Shown here piece after piece: positions 51,001 to 64,000 of a stretch of DNA of 64,000 bases (position 1 is its first letter; each line of letters begins with the position of its first letter). The position numbers were made by a program, and so were the translations under genes. The notes beneath the pieces were generated by a model that was not told the origin of the DNA, ran no database searches, and worked only from the letters and a program-made list of their open reading frames with translations. Source of the DNA: Nemertoderma westbladi (lineage: Eukaryota; Animalia; Xenacoelomorpha); assembly GCA_032718475.1 (NCBI GenBank), contig JAUCBJ010006988.1, positions 62,001 through 126,000 on the forward strand. The letters run 5' to 3'.

Positions 51001-53340
51001 ACCACCCCCCTAACAATGTCAATTCGCTAAGGCTCCGCCAACTTCGTGGCTCGCCCCACTAATATTTTATATATTTAATGTTGTGTAAATTCTTTATTAA
51101 ATTCGCTATGTAATATTTATTTTTACGCTCGATTCTGTAAATTTATTTTTTCTTCCTCTTATACTTTAGAAGACCCAAGGAATGCATTTACAAGATTGAC
51201 TTGACAGGCTCTAGTGCGTTGTCCACCGTTTCTTGTAGCTCTTAGATATTTTCTCACCCGTTCGATAAAGTTATTCATAACATTCATCATCATCCTTCTA
51301 CCTATGACGTTGCGTGAACATTAAGTGAACCTTTTAGGGTCACGCGAAGTGCTTCTTTACTCACACACAAGATTTAAATAGTTTATTACGATAAAAAATC
51401 CACAATTATTTTATGTTTTAGGTTTCACCAACATCGTGTGTCGGAGTGCCAACGAGTTCCCAAACGATATTCAGTATGAGTTGTCCAACTGCGTCTCCGG
51501 ACTGCTGGCCCGGGTACTACAGGAGCCGCAGTGTCCCTCTAGCGTCCTCGGTAGGAACTGCAACGTCAGCCGCATCCCTCTATCGGCGACTCTCAAACCG
51601 CTGCTGAAGTGCCTCATACGTATCAGCGAGAGATTCCCGGGACCTGGCCCGGTCCTACTGGAAACCTTAACTAGTAGGTTAATGCTGCTCACTAGTTCGC
51701 AGCAATCCGACCAGCGCGATTTGCCGCAATCTGACGCCCCGCAGCAAAACTTGCAGCAATCCGCCCAACTCTTAATTTTACAATCACTAACTATTCTCGC
51801 CTCCAACAACCCCCTTCTTGTGCGCACCCAGACCGACCGCTTGGTGGCGCTATTCCAGCAGTTGTTAGCGGCTCATTGCCCTCCCGATGTGGACGGGTTC
51901 AACGACCTCCAGGTCACTGACCCCCGAGCAGAGGCCGTTGTACGACTCGCCTCGATTCTACTCCGGATCGGTTCCGCCGAGGCGGTCAGCCGGGGGGTCG
52001 GGTTGCCCGGCAACGGGTGGGTCGTCTACCGGGTGGCGCGCGCCGCCTCCCAGACGGGGCACCACGCCGCCGCGGCCGCGCTCTACGTCGCCATTGAGAC
52101 CGCGGTGCAGTCCGAGACGACCCACTATTGGTTGAACTCGCTACGTCGGTTGAGCGAAGCGGAATCGCGTTGCTTAGCGACTGATGACGCTGTGACTGCG
52201 TTGGGGGCGGCGGTTGACGGTTACCGCGGGTGTCTCTCCGCGTTGGCTGCGTCAGCCACGACCGCGGCTCCTTGTCGCTTCCAACGCGATTACGCGGCGC
52301 TGCGGTGCCGCTATCTGTCCGCGTTACGCCAACTAGCGGTGACAGTGGGCGCCGCGCGGCTGTGCCCCCCGCCGGCGCTCGCGGACGCCATGTCGGCGAC
52401 TACGGGGGACCCCTGGTTGCGTTGCGCGCGGGTGGCTTCCGCTGCGGCCCCGCTAGTTATCGAGTTGGCGGCGCTCGGGGCCGACTACCTCGCGTTGTAC
52501 CGCCGCTCGTTCGACGGGGACCCCGACTCGCTGCGCCACCTCGAGCTGCTCCGCTCGCAGTGCGCCGCGCTGGGGGCCGCGGTGGACGCCCTCCTGGTGG
52601 GGACCGGAAGGCCGTCCGCATCCGGAACCGGAACTGATACCGACTCCTCGCCGGAACTCTCGGAACTAACCGATTGGATCGCTCGTCTCGTTGCCACCGC
52701 TTTGAGCCGCGTGAAAGTCCCCGCTGTAACTCGGCTACAACTCGACTGCTTGGATTCCCTCCTCGCCGGCATCGTGCGCTGCCGTTTGCCGCTTCCCAGA
52801 CTCTACTTCCAGACACTGCAGACGACCCACATTAAACTCGCTCTCACAGCGGCCCATAAAAGCGCCGGTGAAACCGTGCTGATTAACAACGACACTGAGT
52901 TAGTCGTTAAGGTGGAGGGCGTTATCCAACAGAGCGCCCTTGGGCGCGCTCCCTTCCGTAGGGTACACCGGGTGAACCTCAGACTGGTCTCACAGTGTCT
53001 CAGCGCTCCCCAAGGTTCCGCGGGTAAGCCCCCATGTTTAGAGGAACTCTCCTCTCGGTTGGAACGCTCCGTGCAACCTCGGAACGATTACTTCTCCGTG
53101 GATTTCCTTCTCGCCTTCCCCCAGCCCGGGGTCTATCATCTCAAGTTGGTTGCTACGGTAACGGATGGCGACGGGGTGGGTTGGGACTCTGGGCCGACTA
53201 GCGAACTCACCGTTAAATCGTCCGCCCTCGATACTCTGTACAGCAGACAGACACAACAGAAAGCCATGTCTACGTCTGGCACTCCTACGAGAAGTAATGT
53301 CTTCCAATCTGGACAGACATCACTACAAACTAAAACTTAA
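48007..53340 (+). CDS. INTS7: Integrator complex subunit 7; exons 48007-48471, 49439-50057, 51422-53340 (about 1000 aa)
   Basis: EQDANTALLELDKGLRS...EQCEAIVRFPKLFEKFPFPIVINSAFLKLA, HSNDPIARSLTLR, and C-terminal YFQTLQTTHIKLAL and PRNDYFS; GT-AG junctions with matching phases (0 and 1). Confidence 0.95.
50144..50298. repeat. 55-bp tandem repeat, about 2.8 copies, in INTS7 intron 2
   Basis: ACCACCTAGAGGCAGACTGGGTAACTGCAATCGATTTAAGCCCTCGGAATGCAGC; diverged CTAGCGGCAGACT echoes occur further along the intron. Confidence 0.9.
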
Positions 53341-55610
53341 TTATATTTTAATTTTGTAATTAATTGAAAACTAAATTAATATGAAACACAGTGCAATAGC
53401 CCCTCTAGCTGTTTACTTTATAGCTTGTTTGGGTCAATTTATACTATCACAGATCGACTCTTCTACAATAATGGCAATCCTAATAATATATAAAAATGTT
53501 AGATTACACCGCGACGAACAAGTATTATTTGATGGTGAAAGGAACTATTTACAAACGTCCCAGTCGTTTCAATACTTATATGGGGGTTTACAGCACCCCA
53601 GAAGGTTGTTTATTTTAACATCTCCAGAGTAATACTAATCGTTGTTTAAGTTCAAACTTTGCGCGTCTGTAATTCAAGACGGCGAGGGATTCTGTTCTTG
53701 AGATTTCGTAGGTGAGTAAAGGGAATAAAAATCTATCAGAATATTTCCCATTTTATTTTTTTACATTCCCGTTGCCATGGTAATAGGTATAATGAAAAAT
53801 TTGAATAATTATCTGCCAATTCTATAAAACACAATTTGTATTCAGTTTGTCAGTTTAAATAAAAGTTAAAATTGCCAACGTTTTACATTTAAATCGTCAA
53901 TTGTGAATCATATTAATAAAGGTCAATAAGTGTCAATAAACACAACTGTCCAATCAGAGAGCAAGACCCTGTGAAGGCATGATGTCTTATTGATGAATAT
54001 TTACACATTTATACAAGTTTACAATATTTATAAGGAAAACACTTTATTACATTTCTATGACCCCTTGTCATCATATCCACCTAACAAAAGTAGCATTCAA
54101 AGAAGGTTCTAAGGAAATATTATGAAAACTGTGTCCTATATAAGAAAAATATCGGTCCACGCCACGCGAATTTCAGCAATCCGCTCGCTGCATGACCGAA
54201 CAGATTGCGGTATTGAATTGAAGTGTATTTAATTTATTTGTTTTATTTTAAAAACCACAATAGTTTATAATATCTGGGCGTGGTGTCCCCTGGGTTACAA
54301 CACACCCCCGTTTTATAGAGAAGTAGTGTTATGTTAATAAGCTTCCCATTTTGTACCACCCAAAATGGTAGTAAAAATGAGGAAATTATTATATACAAAT
54401 TTCCGTTGCTCCGGAAACTAAATTGGTAACTATCTAGAAGTGCATAGTTCAGTCAATCGATAGTCATTAGAGTAAAGTTTGTCTGTACTAAATTGGAGAA
54501 AATCCCTGCCTTGTTGCACTTTTTGGGGGTAGTAACAAGGTAATAGAATACAAAAAATTGGTTTGGATGAATTACGAATTTGTTGGGTTGAATCCCCTTT
54601 TTTGGCTAGATTGACTCGCCTATCAGATTAGCGAGCCTCAGTGGCGTCGCGTAGGGAGGGGGTGGGGGGGGGGGGGGGGGGGGGAGGATGGGGCGAATCG
54701 CCCCGGGCGCAGGCCAGAGGAATTAGACGGGTAGCCAAGGTTTTACTACTAAACTGTACTGAATGTTTAAGAAGTCATTCATGTGTCTCTTCATGACCGC
54801 AATAATATTTAATTACCAACGGTAGTTGGGATACTTGCATCAACTTTTTAGCTTGGCCTACAGTAGTAGTGACAGAAACAAGAAGAAAAACATACAGTAG
54901 TAAATTGAACGGGATTTGATTCTATTGTTTCTCTGGCAATTGAAGTAGCCGGCTGGCGATTGGGGAAGCCCCTTGTGTGGGCAGGGCTTCCATCCAATGC
55001 TATAACATTTACTGTAACTGTGCAATGTTAAGAATGCCAGTGAAACAAAGTAGGAGGGCCCTTAGTAGTCAATGGGAGCGGCAGCCAATGTCGTTCATGC
55101 ATAGTAATTCCAGAACATGTATTTATTTAAAACATTTCATTAGTGGCAAAGACAAGGAGACACACAGTATATTATTGAAGGTGAGTTGATTCTATTGGAT
55201 ATCAGACTCGAGGGCTGGGGTATCCCAGTGAGCGTATACAATAAGGGCTGAAACGTCACTGGCGAGCCTGACAGTTAGGATTCAATCACTGCTTTAATTC
55301 GAGTTTGGGCCACCACTCTCGTAACATACGAGGGCACTCCCTTAGTGTAGAACTGTTCGTTGCGTACTTGTGTCTGTCTGTGCTGCTAACTAAAATAAAT
55401 AACTGTTTAACAAATAAACTCCCAATTAAATAATACAATTTTAAAAGGTAAACATTTACGTTCTGGGGTGTGGTGGTGGAGGTTTTAGAAAAAAGAAAGT
55501 ATTGCTGTAATATATTTTTCACAGCTCACTAGGCAAACCAGAGCCTGATATAATTAAAAAATACCCTTAAAATATATAAAATCGAAATATTCATAATTGC
55601 ACAATGACGA

Positions 55611-56153
55611 CTATATTAGTGTGTCCTCTCCCCGTACGTAGAGTCCAACATCAGCTTGATTAAACGCGACAGTAGACATCGGGTCAGTTCGTCTGCATTC
55701 CTGGGTGGACTTCGCTGAAACTCCGAACCCAACTGGGGTATCGTTCATCGAATAAACCACGACTCCCTGGTACTGCGGCGTGTTCTCGGAGACCCTACCC
55801 AGTCCCGACTTGAGCACGTGATTCCCGTAGAGAAAACTCTGCTCCGCTCCGGGTTTCAGCCAAATCTTATGCTTAGCTAGCGGGGCCACAACGTCCAACG
55901 CCGTGACGTGAAGTCGGAATCGTTTTGTTTTAGTGAACTTTCCGAGACAAGTACCGAAGCTAGCGAGATGATCGTGGTCTATTGTCGCTGCTTGTTTCAT
56001 TACGTTGTGTGACGCGTAGAAAACACGATCGTTGTGGAGTCGGAAGCAATAATCACCGTCCTCCCGATTAATTAATGCGCTGACTTTATCTCCGATGTAC
56101 TTGGAGAGTTTCTCAAACACCGATTTGGTTTCTTCATCGGTTAGAGGTCGCAT
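55611..56153 (-). CDS. NIP7: 60S ribosome subunit biogenesis protein NIP7, intronless, 180 aa
   Basis: [43 protein letters not shown] domain [31 protein letters not shown]. Confidence 0.97.
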   Translation of the reverse strand: MRPLTDEETKSVFEKLSKYIGDKVSALINREDGDYCFRLHNDRVFYASHNVMKQAATIDHDHLASFGTCLGKFTKTKRFRLHVTALDVVAPLAKHKIWLKPGAEQSFLYGNHVLKSGLGRVSENTPQYQGVVVYSMNDTPVGFGVSAKSTQECRRTDPMSTVAFNQADVGLYVRGEDTLI

Positions 56154-58511
56154 AATCAAGTGGCTAGCGGTAAAGCGTAACCAACACTAAGTCCAAATGT
56201 GCAGAAGTGTGTTGGTAGAGCGATAGAGTGACTCAAGGCTGCAAGGATAAAAGGCGTGAACAGGTGAAGGGAGACCGGTAGGCCTACTCAGTACCGGTAC
56301 CGCTGTCAGCGGACATGCAATTCAAATCCGGGAGGGCCTACTAAAACGGTTTAGAGGAAATGAAGAAAAAAATTAAAAGGATTATTATTATTATTTATTG
56401 CCATACTTAAATACAATAATGTATATAAGGCAGTTTAGAGGCAAGCCTGTTTAACTGATAATAACTGACCTCTTAAGGAGGTGAGCTGGCACTCTATCCT
56501 AATAAGTAAGTACTAAATATAAATATAAAATGCATGCAGTAAATAATAAACCTATGAACGAAATGGTTACACAATATTTCCATGCAGAAGAGCAATATAT
56601 TTATCTAGTTAAATAATTGTATGGTACGGTACTGTACTTATATTACAAGAAACTATTACATAATACATACAAGTATCTATTATTGTTGAAGTGGTAACAT
56701 TAAAATTATTAAAGTGGTAACTCGTGGTCCTTGCAATCTGAAACTTTTATCAAAACTTTTTTTATACCACCTCCAATAAGTTAGCATCTTACAACTTTTA
56801 CAGTCCAGTGTATGTGTATGAAAAACGTGTGTGAAAAGTGTCCCCCCCCCCCCCCCCCCCCCCTTAGCGACATTAAGGGAATTGGTTCTTTTCAAACACA
56901 CTTAAACTCAAGAGTATCGAATGGCCATAATGCTAACATACAAACACACTTACACCTATATAATATTCTATTTGTAATAAGTGCTAAACTAACTAACGCT
57001 AACTCACTGAATGTTGATTGCGAATACCCCTCCTTTTCGCGAATTACCAATTTCACACTGATCACTTAACAACTAAAAGTGTTTGCATTAACTCCGGGAG
57101 CGCTCAAGTCCTAACTAATTACTTTCCTTTTAGATAGCCGTTGAAATTAGTACTCTATACAAAGTCCTAACCCGATAACGATGTATTGTCACGGAAACGT
57201 AAATGTTTTCTTACCTGGACATCATCCACTACTACGTATTTCAATTTATTGCACCGGCGACATGTTGTGAGTGATTGCCGTGAAATGGATAACTTTTACT
57301 AGACAAGTTTCAAATATATTATTTCAAATTTCTAATGTAACAAAATTACGTACACCATTGTGTGAAAAGGACACTAATCAGCGTTTATTTATGTAAACCT
57401 CCCTCACCGACGACCTCGCGCGGTACTTCTTTTGGGCAACTTTTCACACAATGATGTAAAATAGTTATTGTTTCAGATTTATCCATATAAATCCTCAGTA
57501 TTGTCAGTAAAAAGAGTTCAATCCAATAATTATTCGTGTAACAAAAAAGACAAACTACTCCTAACGTTTTAAGTAATTCACTTTGAAAAAATATTAAATT
57601 GGGCACACGCTTGTGTACATTAAACAATAAATTAATGAATAAGGCATGGCCATGGGGGTAGCATGGTGGCATAGTAGCATGGCCATGGGGGTAGCAAATC
57701 GCCAGAATAACTACACGACCGTACTACAACACTACAAGTACCGGACACCGGTATACCACAAAAAAGTTTACAGAAAATACGAATACGAATTTAAATTATG
57801 TTGCTCACAGAGTTAACATTTTTCACCCACACCATGTAGGAGAAATAAATAAAACCGTAACCTATGCACACCAGTAAAGGGTGCAGGTTACTTATGTCAT
57901 ATTCTCTACGACGGTAATAGGTAATTAGCGGTTCTGCAACTGTATGTGTGGGTTATATATATACTCCCTCATAGTTCAGTAATGTGAGAAGTTGACAATA
58001 AGATTGTATGTTTTGACTCATCGCCAACAAATAATTACAAATTATAACTATTGCTTTACATTACAGAAATCTTTAGAGAATTCATAATCAATTAAATCAA
58101 AATATAGCATTGATTCAGTCAAGATTGCACGATTTATCTAATATTTAAATTGTATCATAGCTATCAACATCCAAACAACCATAACTAGTGGGTACTAGTA
58201 TTGGGTAATTGGGTGTACTTGGAATTGGTCTACGTATTATGATCACTGCGTACATTTTTATTTTCCAAATTAAGAATAAACATAAATTTAACCATGACAT
58301 TAAAAAAAAAACAAATAAACAAAGTGACTACAAAGTATAAAAAGATAATCAGGTAACAAGACCTGCCCCAACCCAACAGCCGTCTCGATAATCACTGTCT
58401 CCGCCAGAGACTGCCGCTGTCGCCCCCTTGTAGTTGCATAAGTTTATAAGCCTTTTAGAGTATTTAGCGCATTGCTCAAAATGACTTATTTTGTCCGCAA
58501 AAGCTTTTACA

Positions 58512-58955
58512 ACAGACGCAATTAATTGGATAATATTGGTTGGGACAGACGCAATTAATTGGATAATATTGGTTGGGATCGACGCAATTAATTGGATAAT
58601 ATTGGTTGGGACAGACGCAATTAATTGGATAATATTGGTTGGGACAGACGCAATTAATTGGATAATATTGGTTGGGACAGACGCAATTAATTGGATAATA
58701 TTGGTTGGGACAGACGCAATTAATTGGATAATATTGGTTGGGACAGACGCAATTAATTTGATAATATTGGTTGGGACAGACGCAATTAATTGGATAATAT
58801 TGGTTGGGACAGACGCAATTAATTGGATAATATTGGTTGAGAGAGACGCAATTAATTGGATAATATTGGTTGGGACAGACGCAATTAATTGGATAATATT
58901 GGTTGGGACAGACGCAATTAATTGGATAATGTTGGTTGGGACAGACGCAATTAAT
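58512..58955. repeat. Minisatellite, 33-bp unit ACAGACGCAATTAATTGGATAATATTGGTTGGG, about 13.4 copies
   Basis: Directly visible, with few variant units. Confidence 0.97.
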
Positions 58956-59595
58956 CGGGTATTTGATTGCATTGGAAGCATGTTGTCTTCAGTCAGCCTT
59001 ATGGCCATAAATCCTTTATAGTGTTTTCCCAAACATTATCTTGTTTAAAATCGAATAACGAGACCACAGTGTCGATGACTTCAAGTCTTTTGTCTCTAGT
59101 AGGAAATTAAAATACATGACGAAATATCGTTATCCTGCGGATTGTAATGTTAGTAATATTAATTAAACATTTTAAGCAGTCCCACATAAATGTAGGTCAA
59201 ACACACGGTAACATTATGCACACCTGCGAATAAGGGTGCAAGTCACTTCACTATTCGAACTGCTACAACAATTTAGACATTTAGTAATACAACAATGCGT
59301 ATTCATTATATATTCTCTAAGACACAAGGAATATGATGAGCTCATGTAAGACAGCGGAATTTGAATAATTACTAATAAGTAATTACGATTGTTTACAGTT
59401 AATTTAAATTCAAATTATCTTTAGGGATTTCATATTCTATTCTATCTAAATAATATCCCCTACTCAGTCAAAACAAGCATACTTTACAGATATATATTTA
59501 AATTCAATTTGAGATAACAACATCTGGACAACCAGTTGTAATACCCAATAAGGTGTAGGGCGGAGATGGGGGGGGGGGGGGGACTGAAGCAAATC

Positions 59596-62500
59596 TGTTC
59601 GCGCTTTTAGACCTTTAGCAGTTTAACCTGCCAATTTTAGTTGTCCTCTTATTTATAAATCGACTTTAGCCTATATCAATTATTTAATGTACTGAAGTTA
59701 CATCAGCCGAAGCCAGTCTGTGCGCGATCATTCACCCACAGTTAAGGGAGACTGGATTCGGGTGCCTTGAAAGTTATTGCGGTGTAGACCTACTGTATTA
59801 TTCCATTGATCGTTACTATATAATCTCTGACAAATATATTTACTTTCGGGGAAATATTAACAGTTCCTTTAGGACGTGTCGTTTAAAGTATAAAAACAGA
59901 GTTATGACTTATACTAATCACAACTAGATGGCCATAGAGTTTCGTAAATAGCGCATTCTTTAGGAGATGCTTTATTATCTTTCACACTACTTCACACGAC
60001 TCCACACTAATTCACACTACTGCACACTAATCTGTCGACCGTCACTGAATTTGATCATATATAAGGAAGATCGCAACTGACACTTGTAGGGATTATGAAA
60101 TAGCATTTAATTCACACAAAACCACTATAATTTAAGTCGCAGTTGCTACCGGTAACCTGTTCCTCTCACCTTCAGTAATCAAGAAGATTGGGGGTTTTAT
60201 GATTATTCATCGGTATTCTCCAAATATGTCAGCGATATACATCAATATAACAACAATTAATAACAGACTTCCAAAATAGAAGTAAAATAATGCGGTGAAC
60301 AGTCAGTATGTGTTACAATAGTAATTAAGCAATGTTACGAGTAATGGGCCAAGATAATAGATTTACGTTGTTGTAATCAAAGCCATCAGATGTTTAGGCC
60401 AAAGTCTGAAACTTCCAAAACAGAAGTACAGAAGAATTCCAAGCCGGTTCTGAGGCTCAGAAATGTATACAAAGACCGTAATGCATTGCGCGGTTTTCCA
60501 TAGGCCTCTGTCCAACATAAAGTGAAAATCGCTCTGATTTGGCTGAATAGGCAGAACAAAGAAGTTCCACGTCTACAGGAAATCAGCTGACAGATTTCGT
60601 CATCTGAGCTCCAATCTTTTAGAGTATTATGCGCATTGCGGCAAAAATGATTTGTTATGTCCGCAAAAGCACCTACACCGTGCATTGCGGGAAAAATGAC
60701 TTGTTATGTCCGCAAAAGCTTTTACACTGCTCCCAGAAAATGGGATTTAAGTCTATAAAATATAAAAAATCACAGTTTCTAAAATATAAAAATACTCTAA
60801 ACGATTAGTCCTTCTTACATGAACGGCGTTTACGAAGTTTTTTGATGCTAGCAAGAGTCTTTTTCTCTTTGGGGCGAGCCACTTTACTAGGAGGGCTATA
60901 ACTCCTGGGTGAGGGGTGCAATACAATTGCATCAGAAGGTTTAGGGTTACGGTCGGTGTATCTGCCGGTCGAGGTACCCGGTTGATCGATATCAACCTCA
61001 GTGGAACGAGGTCGAACAACCTTTAGAGCGCGTTTCAAGACAGCAGCTCTTACTGGTCCCTGACGAGTCGTTTGCACGAGAGCGGTAGGTGGACCGTGAG
61101 TAGTGAGAAATTTCCTCGGTTTGATGGTTCTTTCTAACTCGCGTTCACGGGCTCTATATTCATACGGTCGTCTATGAACTTCCTGTAGTTCTGGATGCGA
61201 GTTGATGAACAAGTCACCATATTCCGGATCTTGACGGATGAAGTTGATCAAGTTATAGGAATTAGGTCATTAGGATTAATGTTCCTGAGGTACTTGCGAA
61301 TAAATTTGGTCGAAATATTCTCGCCAACACGCTTCATTAGCTTGTAGCTAGGTGTGCGAGATTTTTGCTCAACGGAAGCAAAGAGATACGGGTGAAATGC
61401 ATAAACTCCTTCGTAGGCACGTCCAGGGTAGTATCGATGACGTGACTCGCAATGGAGATCCACGTTATCTTCCCAGGCTTGAATGTAGCGCAGTGCAACC
61501 ATTTCATCTACGCTTTCCAGATCTCGGTTGAAAGGGCAATCAAAACTTGCGTGTCCTTTAAACTGGCAATGATGACATTGAGTCATAAATTGAGGGCAGA
61601 CTGCGAAGATGTATAAGTTATTGAGTCTACAATACACACAATAGATTTCCATTGTGGGTTGATCTTGAAAGTAGGAGCAGGGTACGCTTGAGTCCACCGG
61701 GGTGAAATGGTCTCGTGATGCGCATAATCGGCAACGTTTCCTAGAAACATAATTGGCATGCCGATAATCGTATGCGGTGAGACATTGTGGACCTTGATAT
61801 CATTCCAGGACGTAGTCATTGTCACTGCTCCTGGGCGCTGTGGGTTGAATCTCCTCGGACTCTAAGCAAATTGGTTCGTCTTCCAATTGCATAGCTGAGG
61901 TATGTGTAGCTGTCTCCTCAAGCGAACCCACTGTTTGAACTTCCACGATAAAATAACCTGTGGGGATTCGGGGTCTTTGTATGACAGAGGAATGTAAGTT
62001 CTGTATACAAATGTCCTTGAAAATGGCGAATCCAGCGCTGTCTAACTTCTCAGCAGCTGAGTTTCTTAGGCTGAGCTTAGTCAAAGCGCGGTCCTTGAAC
62101 TGACTATCAACGTTACGGAACAGAGTCAGAAAGCGCCTAAAACATTCAAATCGGATGAATTTATTGTGTTCATCTAGCTTGGCGAGTTTGGTTCCAAGTA
62201 ACAAGGGATGAGCGCGTATGGTGCGACTGCACACATCGGCTAGCCAACCGGCAAGTGCGGCGTTCTCGAAGATAGTGTATATAGCTAATGAGGAACGAAG
62301 TGGAACACTCATGAAGCTATAAACGACGCCAGGTGCAGTTAATGGTCCGTCGAAGTATAATCGAGAATAATGATCTCCATATACTTGTTGATAGTTGATA
62401 GGGTTTCCGACTTTGAAATTCCATCCATATTCTTGAAAGGCAAGATGTCCGATGGAGGTTCGTTGGACTTTATTGATGCCGCTGGATGTATTGGCATACA

Positions 62501-64000
62501 TAGTTCGGAAGAAACCTCGGCCTTCTGCCCAGGGAGCAATCAGCTGGGTGTCTACGAAAGGATATGGGATATTCTCCATGTTCCTAAAGTCATTCTGGAG
62601 ATCTCCATAAACAGCTGAGCCGATTTTAAGGATTCTTTCGTTGAACAACATCTCGAGCACTGGCTGGGGTAACATCGATCCATCCATACCCATGGCCAGT
62701 TTGCGCTCGGTATCGGTGACGTAACGCTATGCGAGTTCGAATTGTCCATGTCGGAGTTTCTTTTGGATCTCGGTGAGAGTCTCAAAAGAATAATCGATCA
62801 CGTCGGAACACGCTCGGGTAAACACATGGGTAGAACCAGCTAGTCCACGTATGTGTATCATCCGCGTAGTTCCCAGCTCTCCAACCGGAACGCCGGTTTC
62901 ACCATATAATATTGAGTTAGATTGACGTAATAAGGATGGTCTTTGATCCCATAAAATGAGTTCGGTAAAGGTGTAGCGCGTAGGTTGACCTCGTGTACCA
63001 TACGACGGACAAGATCCGCTCGATTGTCCGGAGGTTCAACGAGTATACCGTCGACACGAGCGGCCTCAATTGGCGGACGTTGTAACATAGGAGCGTCAGT
63101 GATAAGATCTCGAGATCTTAGGTTGATATCAACCAGTTGGGGTTGTACCGTGGCGAAGAGTTTGTCTCCGAAATGGGGAACTATCGAGGGATGAATGATG
63201 GTTTTGGAATAGAGATCAGTCATAAGGATTTGAGCTTCTGGTTGGGCTAAAGCTGCTTCTTCTCTCTCGTCCATTTCGATGTGCTTCTCCTCGAGCTGAT
63301 TTTCCTCCGCTTTTCGTTGGAAGCGTTCATCTAAAAACTCTTGTAGAGAGTTTTGCCGAATAGCATCTAACGCGTTTCGTACAACGCTCTCCTCCACCTC
63401 GGTGACGGGTTGTATCGGGGTTAAACCGGGACGATTATACGGGTTGAACGGCGATATTAAATGTCAGCGTCCCAATCCGGCTAGATTGGATGGGCGAATA
63501 TCTAGAGAGCCCACTACCGGAGTGCCACCGATTAATTGTTCGGGTAACACTAGATCTTTGAACAGTGAGTACAGTTCAGGGGGATCCGTTATACTATTAG
63601 GATCAAGAGTCTGAGGTCTCACTAGGGAATGAGGAGGTCTGAGCGAGTATTCCGGAACTCTGATCATCGGTTTATTTAAGGATCGTTTGAGTCGAGCGAG
63701 CGTAGGTGACACGTCGAACAAGTTTTGCTCCAAACTCCCGTAAGTATAGCGAGTAAAGCTGTGTTTAGCGCAACGTCTCCGCGGATGTTTATGTCTTTCC
63801 GTTTGTTGGTTGGGTCTAGGGCATTCATCGCAATAATACCAAAGACGGACGTCTTGTAGGGGAAACGATGGTGATCTTTCTCCAGTTTCACAATATTCCT
63901 CCATCTGTTCGAAGCTATCTGGTACAACAGGTAGCGGTCGATCGGCGGTAAGATACATCATAGTGAAATAGAGTCATTTGAGTTCTATCATAGGGTCATG
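59596..64000 (-). mobile_element. Bel/Pao copy 2: 3' LTR (59596-60726), purine tract and ORF3; continues beyond the window
   Basis: Colinear with 20561-23030; tract GGGAGCAG at 60727-60734 on the minus strand. Confidence 0.93.
60805..64000 (-). pseudogene. Accessory ORF3 of copy 2: Cys/His motif, DEDDy-like 3'-5' exonuclease domain, three zinc-knuckle-like motifs, basic tail
   Basis: LPQPVLEMLFNERILKIGSAVYGD, FVDTQLIA, SIGHLAFQEYG, PLRSSLAIYTIFE; CRLCASRDH...C, CVYC...C, CHHCQFKGHASFDC. Lesions: stops at 63464, 62727, 61800; frameshifts near 62915 and 61262. Confidence 0.75.

Noticed and set aside
51471-53359. Overlapping and antisense ORFs in INTS7 exon 3
   Set aside because: Expected from high GC content; INTS7 explains the region
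58349-59032. ORFs on both strands with 11-aa repeats
   Set aside because: Produced by a 33-bp minisatellite; no recognisable domain in the flanks
59008-59100. Possible terminal exon on the minus strand (DKRLEVIDTVV...KDLWP-stop after TTCCTACTAG)
   Set aside because: Short, no recognisable homology and no upstream exon identifiable

Overview
AT-rich, repeat-dense animal (invertebrate-type) genomic DNA, not prokaryotic. It holds three intron-poor host genes: an intronless atypical dual-specificity phosphatase, a 3-exon INTS7 and an intronless NIP7. The centre is a five-level transposon nest built around a very large (about 17 kb without inserts, about 19 kb reconstructed) minus-strand Bel/Pao LTR retrotransposon at 20561-44349; a second copy starts at 59596 and runs off the window. 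This Bel/Pao family is the candidate new system. (1) It has no tRNA primer-binding site. The 12 nt abutting the 5' LTR are instead perfectly complementary to a 12-mer inside its own LTR, the geometry of Tf1-type self-priming. (2) It carries a non-env third ORF with a DEDDy-like 3'-5' exonuclease fold and zinc knuckles. (3) It carries two sets of repeated RNA hairpins with compensatory changes. Also present: a young Mag-like Ty3/gypsy element, a THAP-bearing P-type element, several MITEs, SINE/LINE remnants and tandem repeats. All assignments come from reading motifs by eye; no searches or folding programs were run.
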